DNA of 64,000 nucleotides from Rhodosorus marinus CCMP1338 (taxonomy: Eukaryota > Plantae > Rhodophyta), in NCBI GenBank assembly GCA_029953675.1, contig JAMWBK010000003.1:3162001-3226000 (forward strand). Reading direction: 5' to 3'. The notes under the pieces are model-generated. The model ran no database searches. It worked only from the letters and a program-made list of their open reading frames with translations, and was not told where the DNA came from. Positions 26,801-37,463 of the stretch are shown in pieces (position 1 is the first letter of the stretch; the number at the start of each line of letters is the position of its first letter). A program made the translations under genes and the position numbers.

Positions 26801-29800
26801 CGAGAAGCATTGTCGAACAAGGCCAGGAAGTCGAACTAACACCGTATGGCGCGGGTATTCATGAATCAAACCCTTTCGCCACGGATTCTCGGGATGATGG
26901 CGACACGGTTGGTGATGTAGGGTTTGTCGTAAAGCTTCCAGAGTTCGAGGCTGTTCGCTTGTCACCAGCTCGCGTATGCGCATTGATTGTCCGTGTTTCA
27001 GGCAAGACGTCATTGAATACAAGAGCTGATTGGTGGGCAAATGATCGTAGGGGCTATTTCTTCTGGCAAGTGTCAGTGCGAAATGGGGTTCATGTTGGGA
27101 CTTTAAGGTCACTACTACAAATCTCAAATTCTTCCGGAATACCACTGGATATTGCTTTCAACACGGATGTTAGAGGTAACGACCGCTTCAGTACGGTTTA
27201 CCCGAAGACCCAGCACTCCGTTCCGTATGCGGATCTACAACTACCCCTTCGCATACGCCCGACTGTCGGAGATCGCCGGGAGAGGGCAGCTTCCTACTAT
27301 CACTGGAGCGAGCAAAATATTGAATTCGGATCTCTGATTGACTGCGCTTTGAAAGTAGAAGCGCATTCTCGACGAAAGCCAAACGACACGTTCCTGGCCA
27401 TTGGTGCTTCACGTACACAAGGTGGAGATGTGGACCTACCCCGTGCGAGCTGCAACGCCGATTTGGTAAGCTTCAGATACTCTTACAGGTAACTGCAAAT
27501 GGCAAGGAGCGCTTAGAACGATCCCAATTTCTTTCGTTCGTAGGAGAGCGGCCATGACGGAGTCCAGTTTTTGCTCGTCCCAAGAGTGGTCAAGGGTTTC
27601 GTACGCAGCTTGCCTGAGAATGAGAATTTGGTGCCGTTGGAAGTTGAAATTGTATCCGCACAGACAATCCAGAACTTGCTACCGTCGTCCATCGGATTCA
27701 GGATTATTGAACGAAAGGTGCAAGCAGGACAGTCCAAGGAGCTTCTCCGTGGTTTCTTACATCCCCTTGAGGTTGCCTATGTGAGAACTGATGGCGTAGA
27801 TTCCACTCGCTGCTTCCTGAGCGTTTGTGAAATTGATCCTCGAATTCTCCTTGAGGAGGAGCTAGAACTGTTCGGGCAGTCAATTAGGATGCGCGAGGGA
27901 AAGGTCTGTAGCTGCCGGCAGGCCACCATCCTTGTCCTCCCAAGATTGGATGTCGCTGAAGTATTCTGTCCGTTCGTGGTTCCCACGATTTGCGTTTTCC
28001 CGTTTTGCGTTTTCAACCCAGGGTGTGATTATGTTTCCGTGTCTATTTAGGGGATCGACTTCGGCTGGTCCTCATTCGGGCAACAGAGCGAGACGTCGTG
28101 AGTCTTCAAACTCGGCTTGGAAGGAGGGAGGAAATATTGGAATCCGTTGGGAGCAAAAGCTCAGCCTGTCAGGAGCTCGAATCACATTATTTGCAGACTT
28201 TTGGGTTCGGAATAGATCAAATGTTGATTTGAGAGTTCGAAGCGTCACATTTGGAGAAAGCAATGTTACCGTCCTTCGGGCGAGACCTCCGGGTACTGAG
28301 GCAGACCCTCCGGTATACTTCCTTGGAAACTTTGTCGCGATGCAAGAATCTGAGCAAACGAATGCTCTCAATGGGAAGCAAACTTGGACAAACCCCATTG
28401 AGCTGACAAGGGCATCTAGCGTCCGTCCGGTTCACCTTCCCAGCGCGTCGTTGACAATGGAATCGAGGCCAGCGGAAGGCCTTTTCAGAAGATCGGTCCT
28501 GTTGGTAATTAGGAACGAAGTCTGGATCGAGAACAGAACGTCGAGAACACTGGTTTGGTGGGTAAGCAGGTCGGACACTGGTGGAGTGATTCAGGCCGGA
28601 GCAAGATCGCCTGTTCGCTGGAAAACGCTGCAGGACAAGAATCCAATGGTGCGGATAAGCTGCCAGGGATCGGGATGGAGGTGGAGCAGACCTGTGAGAC
28701 TACGATCCGGAGGAGACTCCATTGCCAATATTTATAACAACAACGAGCAGCAACTCTACATCATCCGCATCTCCACACAGCACCTAAAGGGAGATTCCAA
28801 GCTCCTCATTCTTAACAGAGCTGATCGAGATCACCCGCCATATAGAATTCGAAACAACTGCTCTAGCAGTTCAATCGCGTTTTCTCAGGCTGGCTCCGAA
28901 AGGGGCACGATTCCGTGGCTTTTGCAGCCTAGTCGAGAAATGAGCTACTACTGGGATAACCCTGAGGCACCGCGAAGGGATCGGAAGCTTCGGGTTGAGC
29001 ACGTGGTAATACAGAACGGCACGTCCAAGATGAAAGCTAGCCTCGAGGTCGACATTGACCGGGTTGGTTTTGAGGGCTTGGTTGGGCACAGTCTCATGAT
29101 GTCTATCTTCGTCGAATCTGTCACAAAAGTTGTCGTTTTCTGGGACCCACAGGAGAGAGAGGTGGTTGATGGACCAACGCAAGCCAGGTCGTTAACGCGC
29201 TCCAGTGAGGCCGTCCCAGAAACAAATCGAGAGGATACGCGAAAATCAGGCGTTCTAGTCTCTGGGGGGGCACTAGAGACGTACCCAGAGGCGAAAGATT
29301 CCGAGAAGCTCAGAAAAACTGATCTGGAACGCCGAAGGGAGCGAACGCGATCTATGCCTCGAATCGGAACGTGGAGCACACCTCTCTCGATGAAGGACGA
29401 TTCCGCTTCCTTTCGGCAGCAAGTGCGCTACAAATACACAGAGCAAGCCGCCGATCACCCTATTCAAAGAAGCCCAGGGTCCAGCCCAGTCGAGCAAAGC
29501 TTGGCGAATACGAGGTCGACGCTGAGACGTTCGTTTTCTCTGAATACGAGAAAAGTTTTGGATACCAATAGTGACGATCACGTTCGAGGATTTGAGTCCC
29601 CTCTCCCGCTGGCAATATCTGGATTTTGTACTGAGCTTGACGTACATCTGGTATTTAAGAGTGTCGGTGTTTCAATTGTGGACAACACCCCGGAGGAGCT
29701 AGTTTATGTCAATACGACAAACGTCACAGGACATCTGTCTATCAGTTCATCAGCGAAATGGAGGATTGCTGAGCTGGAGGTAGGAGGCATTCAGGTGGAC

Positions 29801-31693
29801 AACCAAAGATCTCGGCCTCGGTGGCCTGTGATGCTCGCTGTAACTCCTGAAACGGGGCATCGAGTTCCTATAGGGGATGTGAACAGAACCATACCCAGCG
29901 GGGCGCTTCCAAGTCCGGCGATTAGAGTATTTGCAAAACAGCCCATGAAGACGGTCGGAAGGGGGGTTATACTTATTGATAATATGTATGTTGCGGTAAA
30001 ACCGTTAACCGTAGCGATGGATCTAGACACGGTTACAAGTCTCCAGCAGTGGTCGGAACAGGTTACGAGTGACGCACTTCAGATCGAAGAGAACGAGCCG
30101 TTGCGGCGGGACGACGAGGTTGCAATGGATGCTGCATCGGGCTTGGGTTCTCAAAACGTCCGAATCTATATGGCAGATCTATCCATCGCGCCGATTCAGA
30201 TAACTTTGTCTTTCACAGCTGGAGGAAACGCAGAGTCCGCCAGAGGTGATCCCATAATTAGGTCCAGCGTTTTGCAGAGAACGCTGCTCGCGACTATCGG
30301 AAACGTGGAAAGGGCGGATATATACCTAGAGGCGCTGAACATGACTCAGATCTTTGAAACATCGAAGGCGCTGAAAGCCGTTGTTAACGAGTTCTATCTC
30401 AGCGAGGTTCAACGCCAGAGGCTCCAGCTAGTAGTTTCCAATGAACTGCTGGGCAACCCAAGCGGCCTTATGGATTCTATTGCTCGAGGTGCACAAGACT
30501 TTGTCTCTGAGCCCTTCCGCAGTTCGACGGGCTTTGTTACTGGTATCCGGAGAGGATCCTCTTCGCTAATCTCGAACTCGGTTGGGGCGATATTTTCATC
30601 CATTGGAGTAATCCCAAGAGTTGTCACTGGTGGACTTCATGAAGCGATTGCCGATAGGCAGTTCGCGGGTGAAAGACAAGCAATACTGGGAAGATTTGGC
30701 GCCGCACGTTCACCCGCGGAGGGGATCTATCGAGGCGCAGTATCCATTGCGCATGGGTTGGCCAGCGGGGTGGCCAACGTTCTGGTTGATCCTGTCCAAG
30801 GTGCACTAGAGGACGGTCCCTCCGGATTTCTTCGTGGCTGCTATCGAGGAGCAACGGGATTGATCTTAAAACCTGTAATTGGGGTAATGGACCTTATTGC
30901 CGAGCCCGCTGGTGGGTTTTATCACATTGTCGCAGATCAAGTCCACGTCCCTCAACCTTACCGACCCCCGCGGACGTTTGGAAGCTTGCACCAGAGTACT
31001 CTGAGATACGACTTCCGAGACTCTCTAGGAGCTGATATACTGAACGCCGTGAACCACAGTGGGGTTGCAAATGAGGAAGTCTTAAGTGACTGGGTCTATT
31101 TATGCTCTGAACAAGATGAGCAGGAGGACTTGATAGCGATTTGGAGGTCTGTTCGAAGATTCACACGATCTCCTGGGTCACGGTTTCCAGACATGTTCGG
31201 CCTCTGGAACGCTAAGAGCAAGTCGAGATTTGCAATAGTAACCACGGAGAGGTTCCTGCTGACTACTTTTGGTGGTGGCGTTCTGCTGGAGTGTCCCGTA
31301 ACTAGCATTGTCGAGACACGAGTTGGACTTGTCGAGCACGACACGTTGCTAGTGGGCATTGAGGACAAGCCTCAAGGGAGCTCCTCCAGCAACGCAATCA
31401 TGTGGCCGCGCATTGAATGTCACTCCCCACAGGCGCTTTCAAGGTTGAACGAGATGTTACAGACTACGATTAGCTACCACAGAAGAGGCGGCATGACAAC
31501 GGGAAGGGACCTGGAGAATCGCAGGATGCAGCCTGCTGTCGAATTGAGTACATTTGCTGCGGACATGCCTAGGATTTGGGACCCCGACGAGCTTGAGCCA
31601 CGCGACGAAATTGAATCCGGCTCTGAGCATGGTGCTGGAGACGTTGAACTGGTAAGACATTGTTTGAATGAAAAACCCGGTTGTTACTCTTAG
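20824..31693 (+). CDS. VPS13: VPS13 bridge-like lipid transfer protein, multi-exon
   Basis: Chorein-N start MLEGLLADMLARLLRQYVRGIDRDGVKLGVWNGELELKDL; VAB/SHR-BD (PYRIRNNCS..SYYWDNP); IQVDNQ..WPVML; APT1/ATG2_C (LLGNPSGL..GAQDFVSEP, GATGLILKPVIGVMDL); C-terminal PH-like region. Confidence 0.96.
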
Positions 31694-33435
31694 AAAATCG
31701 TATCTTAATGTTGAACCTGTTCAAAACCTCGCAGTCGAGTGTCCATCATGAGAGTTTGTCTGGCGTCCCGGTGATGGAGTAACAACGCCCGGACTGAACG
31801 AGGTGACGAGTTTTGTTCGTGTAGTAGGTGGAAGGCGAGACGTGAATAGGGTGATCTTGTGAACACCAAGGAGCTTGGTAGCACCTACCATATTTATTTA
31901 TGCCATATGGGGCAGCCATGGCAACTTGACTTGCCAAGTCTATGCTTTTGGCAATTGTGTATAGTTATAAAGAAGGGAAGGCTTCTTTGGATATTCCTTC
32001 CAGGTTGCTTATATGCAAGCTATGTACTTGCAGGATTGCAGTTGGTTTCTCCAATTCCAGAACCCTCTCCTGGTCAATAGGACATCGTCCTCTGGTTTGT
32101 CCCCTGTTAGCGCGCCTTCAATTGGGCCCAGATTGCATGCCTCTCCCTGGACAACATCAAGTAGCCCCCTACAACAAGCAACGTGACCTAGAGCGCTCGC
32201 ATGAATCTGTGAAAGTCCAAGAGCTCACATCAACGATCACAGAACAATTCACTGCGCATGATGGTAACTACAGGTCTGACGATGTAAGGTAGATCTTTCC
32301 GACAGAAGAGATCATCGATAGTAGTGAACTTCTGGGGACGGTTTTAAGAGTTTAGTAGCAAGGTGGCAGTAGTTGAGGAGTAGAACAGGAAATACAATGA
32401 AAAAATACAAAGAAGCTCTCCACGCGTTTTGAATCTTGAAAGCGTGTTTAGTCCCTGGTCTTGTTTGTACTAGCTTTAGCACAGACTCTGTGGGTATTGA
32501 TATCCCCGCGATCCTTGTCGCTGGAGACCTTGCAGAGTGGTTTCATCCTGATCTATTGCAAGTTCCTACTTCTTCGGTTGTCGCGAGAGGGGCTTATTTT
32601 TACATTTATCAATTATTCACAGAATCAAGAAAAATTACAAGCATAAAAATGTCCCAATTCTTAAATGGGACAAGAACAATTAACATCACCAGGAGCCAGT
32701 CTCACGTCATTACACAATGCCCGGCTACAGCATCAAGGGTTTGAACGGTCACGAAATGAAAAAATCATAGATTTAGAACATAACCATGTTTCGATTAGGC
32801 TTTTTACCTCTACGGAATGTTTGTTTAGATGTTCGCAGAACCCTTGAAAAATAGGATCCCGCAAGTATCTTTATTGGTTAGCACGTTATATATACTGTAT
32901 ATTATGTCTGACCAGAGGGCATGAATTAAGATTAGAAGTGAAAAAAAAACACCAGAATAAAGTATAGGCTAGAATTCAGCAACTTAACTTACCTATATAC
33001 CATCCCTAAAATCCCATCCCCCTAAAGCGAGGGCTAAACACTCCCGCGGATCTGGTGGTGATATATTAAAAAATACTATTATTTGTTACAATATTTGGTT
33101 TGTCTTTTTAAGCCAACATTGGCCCCTTCTAAAGCTTGGCTAATTAAAAATATAAAGGATTTGAAGCTTCCAACAGGGTTTTCCTGATGGATTTGAAAGG
33201 TTCACTCTCTAAATGATGAGGGTTTTCATGACGTTCTGGATATTTCTCTCAAATCGGGACTTTTTTTGGTTTTAGTCGAAGGAAATGGGATCTGGATGAG
33301 TAGGGGCTTCCGGGGTTGCCTGGCGGTAGAGGGATGCAGAGATGGTTTAGTCAACTCTTGTGCTTAGTTTTTCTTATTCTAACGACGGTATGATATTATA
33401 GAGCAAGTGGTTTTTGTTTGTGAAGAGAAGAAAGG

Positions 33436-35268
33436 ATGCAAGGTTTTGCGTTTGCGAACGTTTTGCCGAGGTTTATCAACCGGGTGAACGTGCTGAAAAG
33501 ATGTGCATGCCGATTGAGCGGAGACGGAGTGCGATTGGATCTTCGGGTTCCCTTGAAGACCTACTTCGGACTCGCAGATTTTCGAGAAGGGCAGGAGCAG
33601 GTGATCGAGAAGCTAGTGAGTGGAAAATCGGCTGTCGCCGTTTTTCCAACGGCTGGTGGTAAATCGTTGTGTTATCAGCTCCCGGCTATCATGTTCGACG
33701 GATTGACAGTGGTAGTGTCACCATTACTCTCCCTGATGAGGAACCAGGTCGACTACCTCACCGGCAAGCAGATTCCAGCCGTCATGGTCTCCTCCGCTCA
33801 GAGCCCAGCAGAGGTTGATGAGATCTACGAGAAATTAAGAAAGAAGGAGGTTAAGCTCCTATACTGCTCACCAGAACGATTCTACGACGATCGGTTCCTG
33901 AGTGCTTTAAAGAAGGTCCAAATCTCAATGTTCGCTGTGGATGAAGCGCACTGCATCTCCGAATGGGGGCATAGTTTTCGTCCTTTGTACACTAGAGTAG
34001 CGACAATGGCGAAGATGGTAGGTGCGGAGAGGTGTCTCGCTCTCACAGCCACAGCCACTCTACCAGTGATATCGGACATCAGAAACGATTTTGGAATCGC
34101 TGCGGAAGACGCGGTCAGCTTGCCATTCCACAGACCAAACTTACAACTTAAAGTCTCCGTCATCCCCGGATTCTTGGAAAGACTGGAGTACCTGTACCGG
34201 GCGATCAGCGAACGGCCTCGTGGATCTGTTATTGTCTATGTCATGCTTCAGTCAACAGCGGAACACGTCGCCCAGTTCCTGCAAGAACGAGGAATTGATG
34301 CAGAATTCTACCATGCTGGAATGAATGGACAAGCGCGTGAAATACTAGAAAGTCGGTTTCAGAACGACCTTCACGTCATCGTCGCTACAATCGCATTCGG
34401 TATGGGAATCGACAAGGCTGATGTCAGATACGTCTACCATTTCAATATTGCGAAATCCATCGAGGCGTATTCCCAGGAAACTGGCCGAGCTGGACGAGAT
34501 GGCTTGCCATCAATTTGTGAAACTCTTTTCGATCAAGAAGACGTACAAAGGGCAAAGGAGCTAATTAATACGAATCTTGACGCAAATCGCGAGCTTGAGC
34601 ATAGCTTAGAGGAGGTAAGCATCAATGCCTATGGCGGGGATCACCTGGAAACTCTTTTGACGCTAAGAGCCCATAACGGTCGTCCCTCGTAGATATTGGA
34701 TAATGGTACTGCTCAACCTGGCAAGGTGCTAGCAATGCCAAACGACTACCGTCTCAAGGTGGGCCAGGAACTCCTGGCATACGCGTTTAAGAAGGAGGGA
34801 TTTGCTGATGAGCAACCTCCAGTGTATAAAGTGTATAGTATCAATGTTCCTAGTGGAACCGAAGAGAATCTCCTCGACCTGAGCGAAACGACTCGAAGGA
34901 TCTTGCAACATTCGAGGAAATGGAGAAAGAACATTAAAGTGGAACGAGACGTGTCGCTCGAGAACGGTTTCACGGACGTGCAGATCATCGACGGTATCCA
35001 GGAGATCCAGGAGAGGTCTCCATTTGATGTTAAACCCCAAGGGAGAATCAGGCGCTTTTTGCCGAAGAAGTGTTTTACAGCAAAGGAGGCAACGAGTTCT
35101 ACACTGACGGTGATGAAGAATAGGAACGCTCAAGATCATGAACGAATCGACCATCTTGCGCGGATTTTCCTTTCAAACGAATGTGTGCCACAGCAGATTG
35201 CTGCACACTTTGCAACGGAGATGGAGATATGCGGCCAGTGTACAGCGTGCGTAGACGGGATAAAGTGA
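33436..35268 (+). CDS. recQ: RecQ-family ATP-dependent DNA helicase with an N-terminal targeting-like extension (~584 aa, 2 exons)
   Basis: PTAGGKSLCYQLPA, VDEAHCISEWGHSFRP, ATIAFGMGIDKADVR, QETGRAGRDG; C-terminal 4-Cys site EC..HF..CGQCTAC; in-phase 78-nt intron at 34615-34692. Confidence 0.93.
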
Positions 35269-35595
35269 ACGATCAGATTTTCGGTGGCTGCAATGGTGGC
35301 TCAAGAGGCATCCGCGAGAACGCAATCTGCAATTATTGATGTAAACCGGAATCGGAATCTTGTTAATAGAGTTCATTAATGAAAACATGAGATACACAGT
35401 AGCTACAAATGGGACTTTCATCGCCAAGGCAGACATTCTAGCCATTCCAACTCTCTAACCCGTCCACTAGGGTTTTTCTGCCCCGACATACAAGGGCCGT
35501 ACCTCGAATAGGCAGCAAATGCCACCGATTGCGCATGCCAGTCCCGAACCATCGCAAAACTAAAGCTGAGGTTTTTTCATGTGCCTTCAAGAGGC

Positions 35596-36429
35596 CTAGC
35601 CTGTTACGTTGTAGGTATTTTTCAAGACCCTGTCATACATGACAATTGCTCCCGCGGTGGCGACGTTGTACGAACATGCTTCCGGTCTTGCGGCTGGCAA
35701 GGTTATGTGGTATGCTGAGGAAGATACCACAGACTTTGGTAAACCGTGGTCTTCCGCACCGAGGATGTACACACCGCAAAGAGGGTGCCGAAAGGTTGTC
35801 AAGGGTGCGCCGCCCATTTCTACAGCGATCCATGGGGCACTATATGGGCAACTATTAGAGAACTCGCCCATATCCGAATATCGGAGCATGGGGATGTGAC
35901 GATAAGTCTTGAAAGTGTCGTTGCTAACTTCAGTCGAATCCGAGCGATAGCGCTGACCAATCGTGAACACGAAAGATGCCCCTAGGGTCAGAGCAGTCCT
36001 CCACAGAGTCCCATGATTTGCCTCCGTTTTTCCGCGGAAAATTCCAATTCCAAACCACCCTCCACTCATTTCCAGGGGCGCCAGTGGCGCTTTTAGGCTG
36101 CTGCTAGCGACGGCAGCGAACTCGGTTAGTTCCCCATGAACTTCTAGTTTTATATCCAAAAGCTCCTGCGCCAGGATCTCAGCGGAAAGCTGCGCAGTTT
36201 CATTGGAATCGAGTCGCACATATCCGGACGCTGACCTATCGTAAACGAACGCCACATAGCGATTGATACGAACAGACTCGTCGCTCAGCCACGAATACAA
36301 GTACGCTGCATTGATCGTCTGATGAAACCCGACCTCACGCCGCGAGATCTTCCCGTCTTGCCGGCGTTGACCAGGGAAGAAGTACCGAATGCTGGTCATC
36401 GACTCTTTCGTCGACTCTGCATCTCCCAT
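35596..36429 (-). CDS. SpoU/TrmH-family SPOUT RNA 2'-O-methyltransferase with an extra N-terminal domain
   Basis: Intronless 277-aa ORF with SpoU motifs NHGTLWRTA, ILGAEDHGL and SYNVATAGAIVMYDR. Confidence 0.9.
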   Translation of the reverse strand: MGDAESTKESMTSIRYFFPGQRRQDGKISRREVGFHQTINAAYLYSWLSDESVRINRYVAFVYDRSASGYVRLDSNETAQLSAEILAQELLDIKLEVHGELTEFAAVASSSLKAPLAPLEMSGGWFGIGIFRGKTEANHGTLWRTALTLGASFVFTIGQRYRSDSTEVSNDTFKTYRHIPMLRYSDMGEFSNSCPYSAPWIAVEMGGAPLTTFRHPLCGVYILGAEDHGLPKSVVSSSAYHITLPAARPEACSYNVATAGAIVMYDRVLKNTYNVTG

Positions 36430-37120
36430 GGGCTCGCTCAGTAAAAGTTACCTTCACTCCCTTTCATGGCGGTAGGCGAGCGCGAGATAACTCACTCCCG
36501 GTCTGGACTAAACCAAGAACGAAGTCGACGAGCACTGCGACTACTTTTCGAATATACTCTAAATTAGCGAGCCACACGCCCATAAACTAGAACCGGCCAA
36601 CAATTGGAGATTAATTAAAAGTACGATTTGAGAATCAACCTAAACTGTCAAACAGCAAGCCTAAAACTCCCCTTTCTGGGATTCTACTCTCTAAACGCAG
36701 TCTTTCCGTAGATTGCTTGGTCGAAATGGCTGAACTTTGAATACCAAAGCACAAAACCATCTACGGACTGTCTCCCCGAACCATCTCCTCAGGAGAGAAC
36801 CTATTCACGATTTGGGGGCCTCGCCTCAGAGCTGACCGCATCGCAAGTGCAGAGGACGCTACTATTCCGTGGCCATGAAGGTACTGAATTGCGTGGTGAA
36901 CAAATATGGCTCTGGCTGGGAACTTTTCTGAGGAATTCAATAATACAATTTAATTAAATGGGGACGGCCTGCGGAAGAAAGCTTTTGTCCTTCCGACTTC
37001 TTTGATATAAAATAATACTTCTCACGTCGCCTCAAGGTAACGACAGGCTGCAACGCCTACAAAACTTGGCGCCTAAATCTTCAGCATTTCCGAGCGACGT
37101 CCAGCGGGAGAGCTCAACGA

Positions 37121-37369
37121 TTACAACGCAGACATGCTCTCAGCGGAGTTCATCGGTTTGATGCTCCCACTGAACTTGACGCCTCGGAACACTTCCTTTG
37201 GCATCACAATCCTCGACCGCGGAGCTTGTCCAGAACTTGACCATCCCATCCAGAGATAGCCTTCAGCACCTTTCACTTGAGTCTCGAGTAGCCGCGACTC
37301 CTTCATCGTAAACCGCATATTTCTCTGCACATTCTTTCCCAAATCAATGACAACTCTCCTCATGGCCAT
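37121..37369 (-). CDS. Small hypothetical protein (82 aa; may be spliced upstream)
   Basis: ATG-started ORF preceded by the sense-strand G/T-rich leader seen upstream of the recognised genes here. No family recognised. Confidence 0.3.
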   Translation of the reverse strand: MAMRRVVIDLGKNVQRNMRFTMKESRLLETQVKGAEGYLWMGWSSSGQAPRSRIVMPKEVFRGVKFSGSIKPMNSAESMSAL

Positions 37370-37463
37370 TTCTCTTGTCCTCTTAATATTTCCGGGTCGT
37401 CCTCACTCGACCTTACCAAGCTTCTCCAGGATCTACCGCTCGACCTACAAGCCAGGTAAGTAG
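37300..37463 (-). ncRNA. Candidate divergent U1-snRNA-like sequence (weak)
   Basis: ACTTACCTGG (37461-37452); GATCCTGGAG (37433-37424) at about U1-70K loop spacing; GATTTGG (37345-37339) at about Sm-site spacing. No ATTGCAC loop and poor stems. Confidence 0.2.

Noticed and set aside
31746-32750. Short ORFs between VPS13 and RecQ, including a LICKLC zinc-finger-like word
   Set aside because: Many stops and no ordered motifs; cannot distinguish a relic from random sequence.
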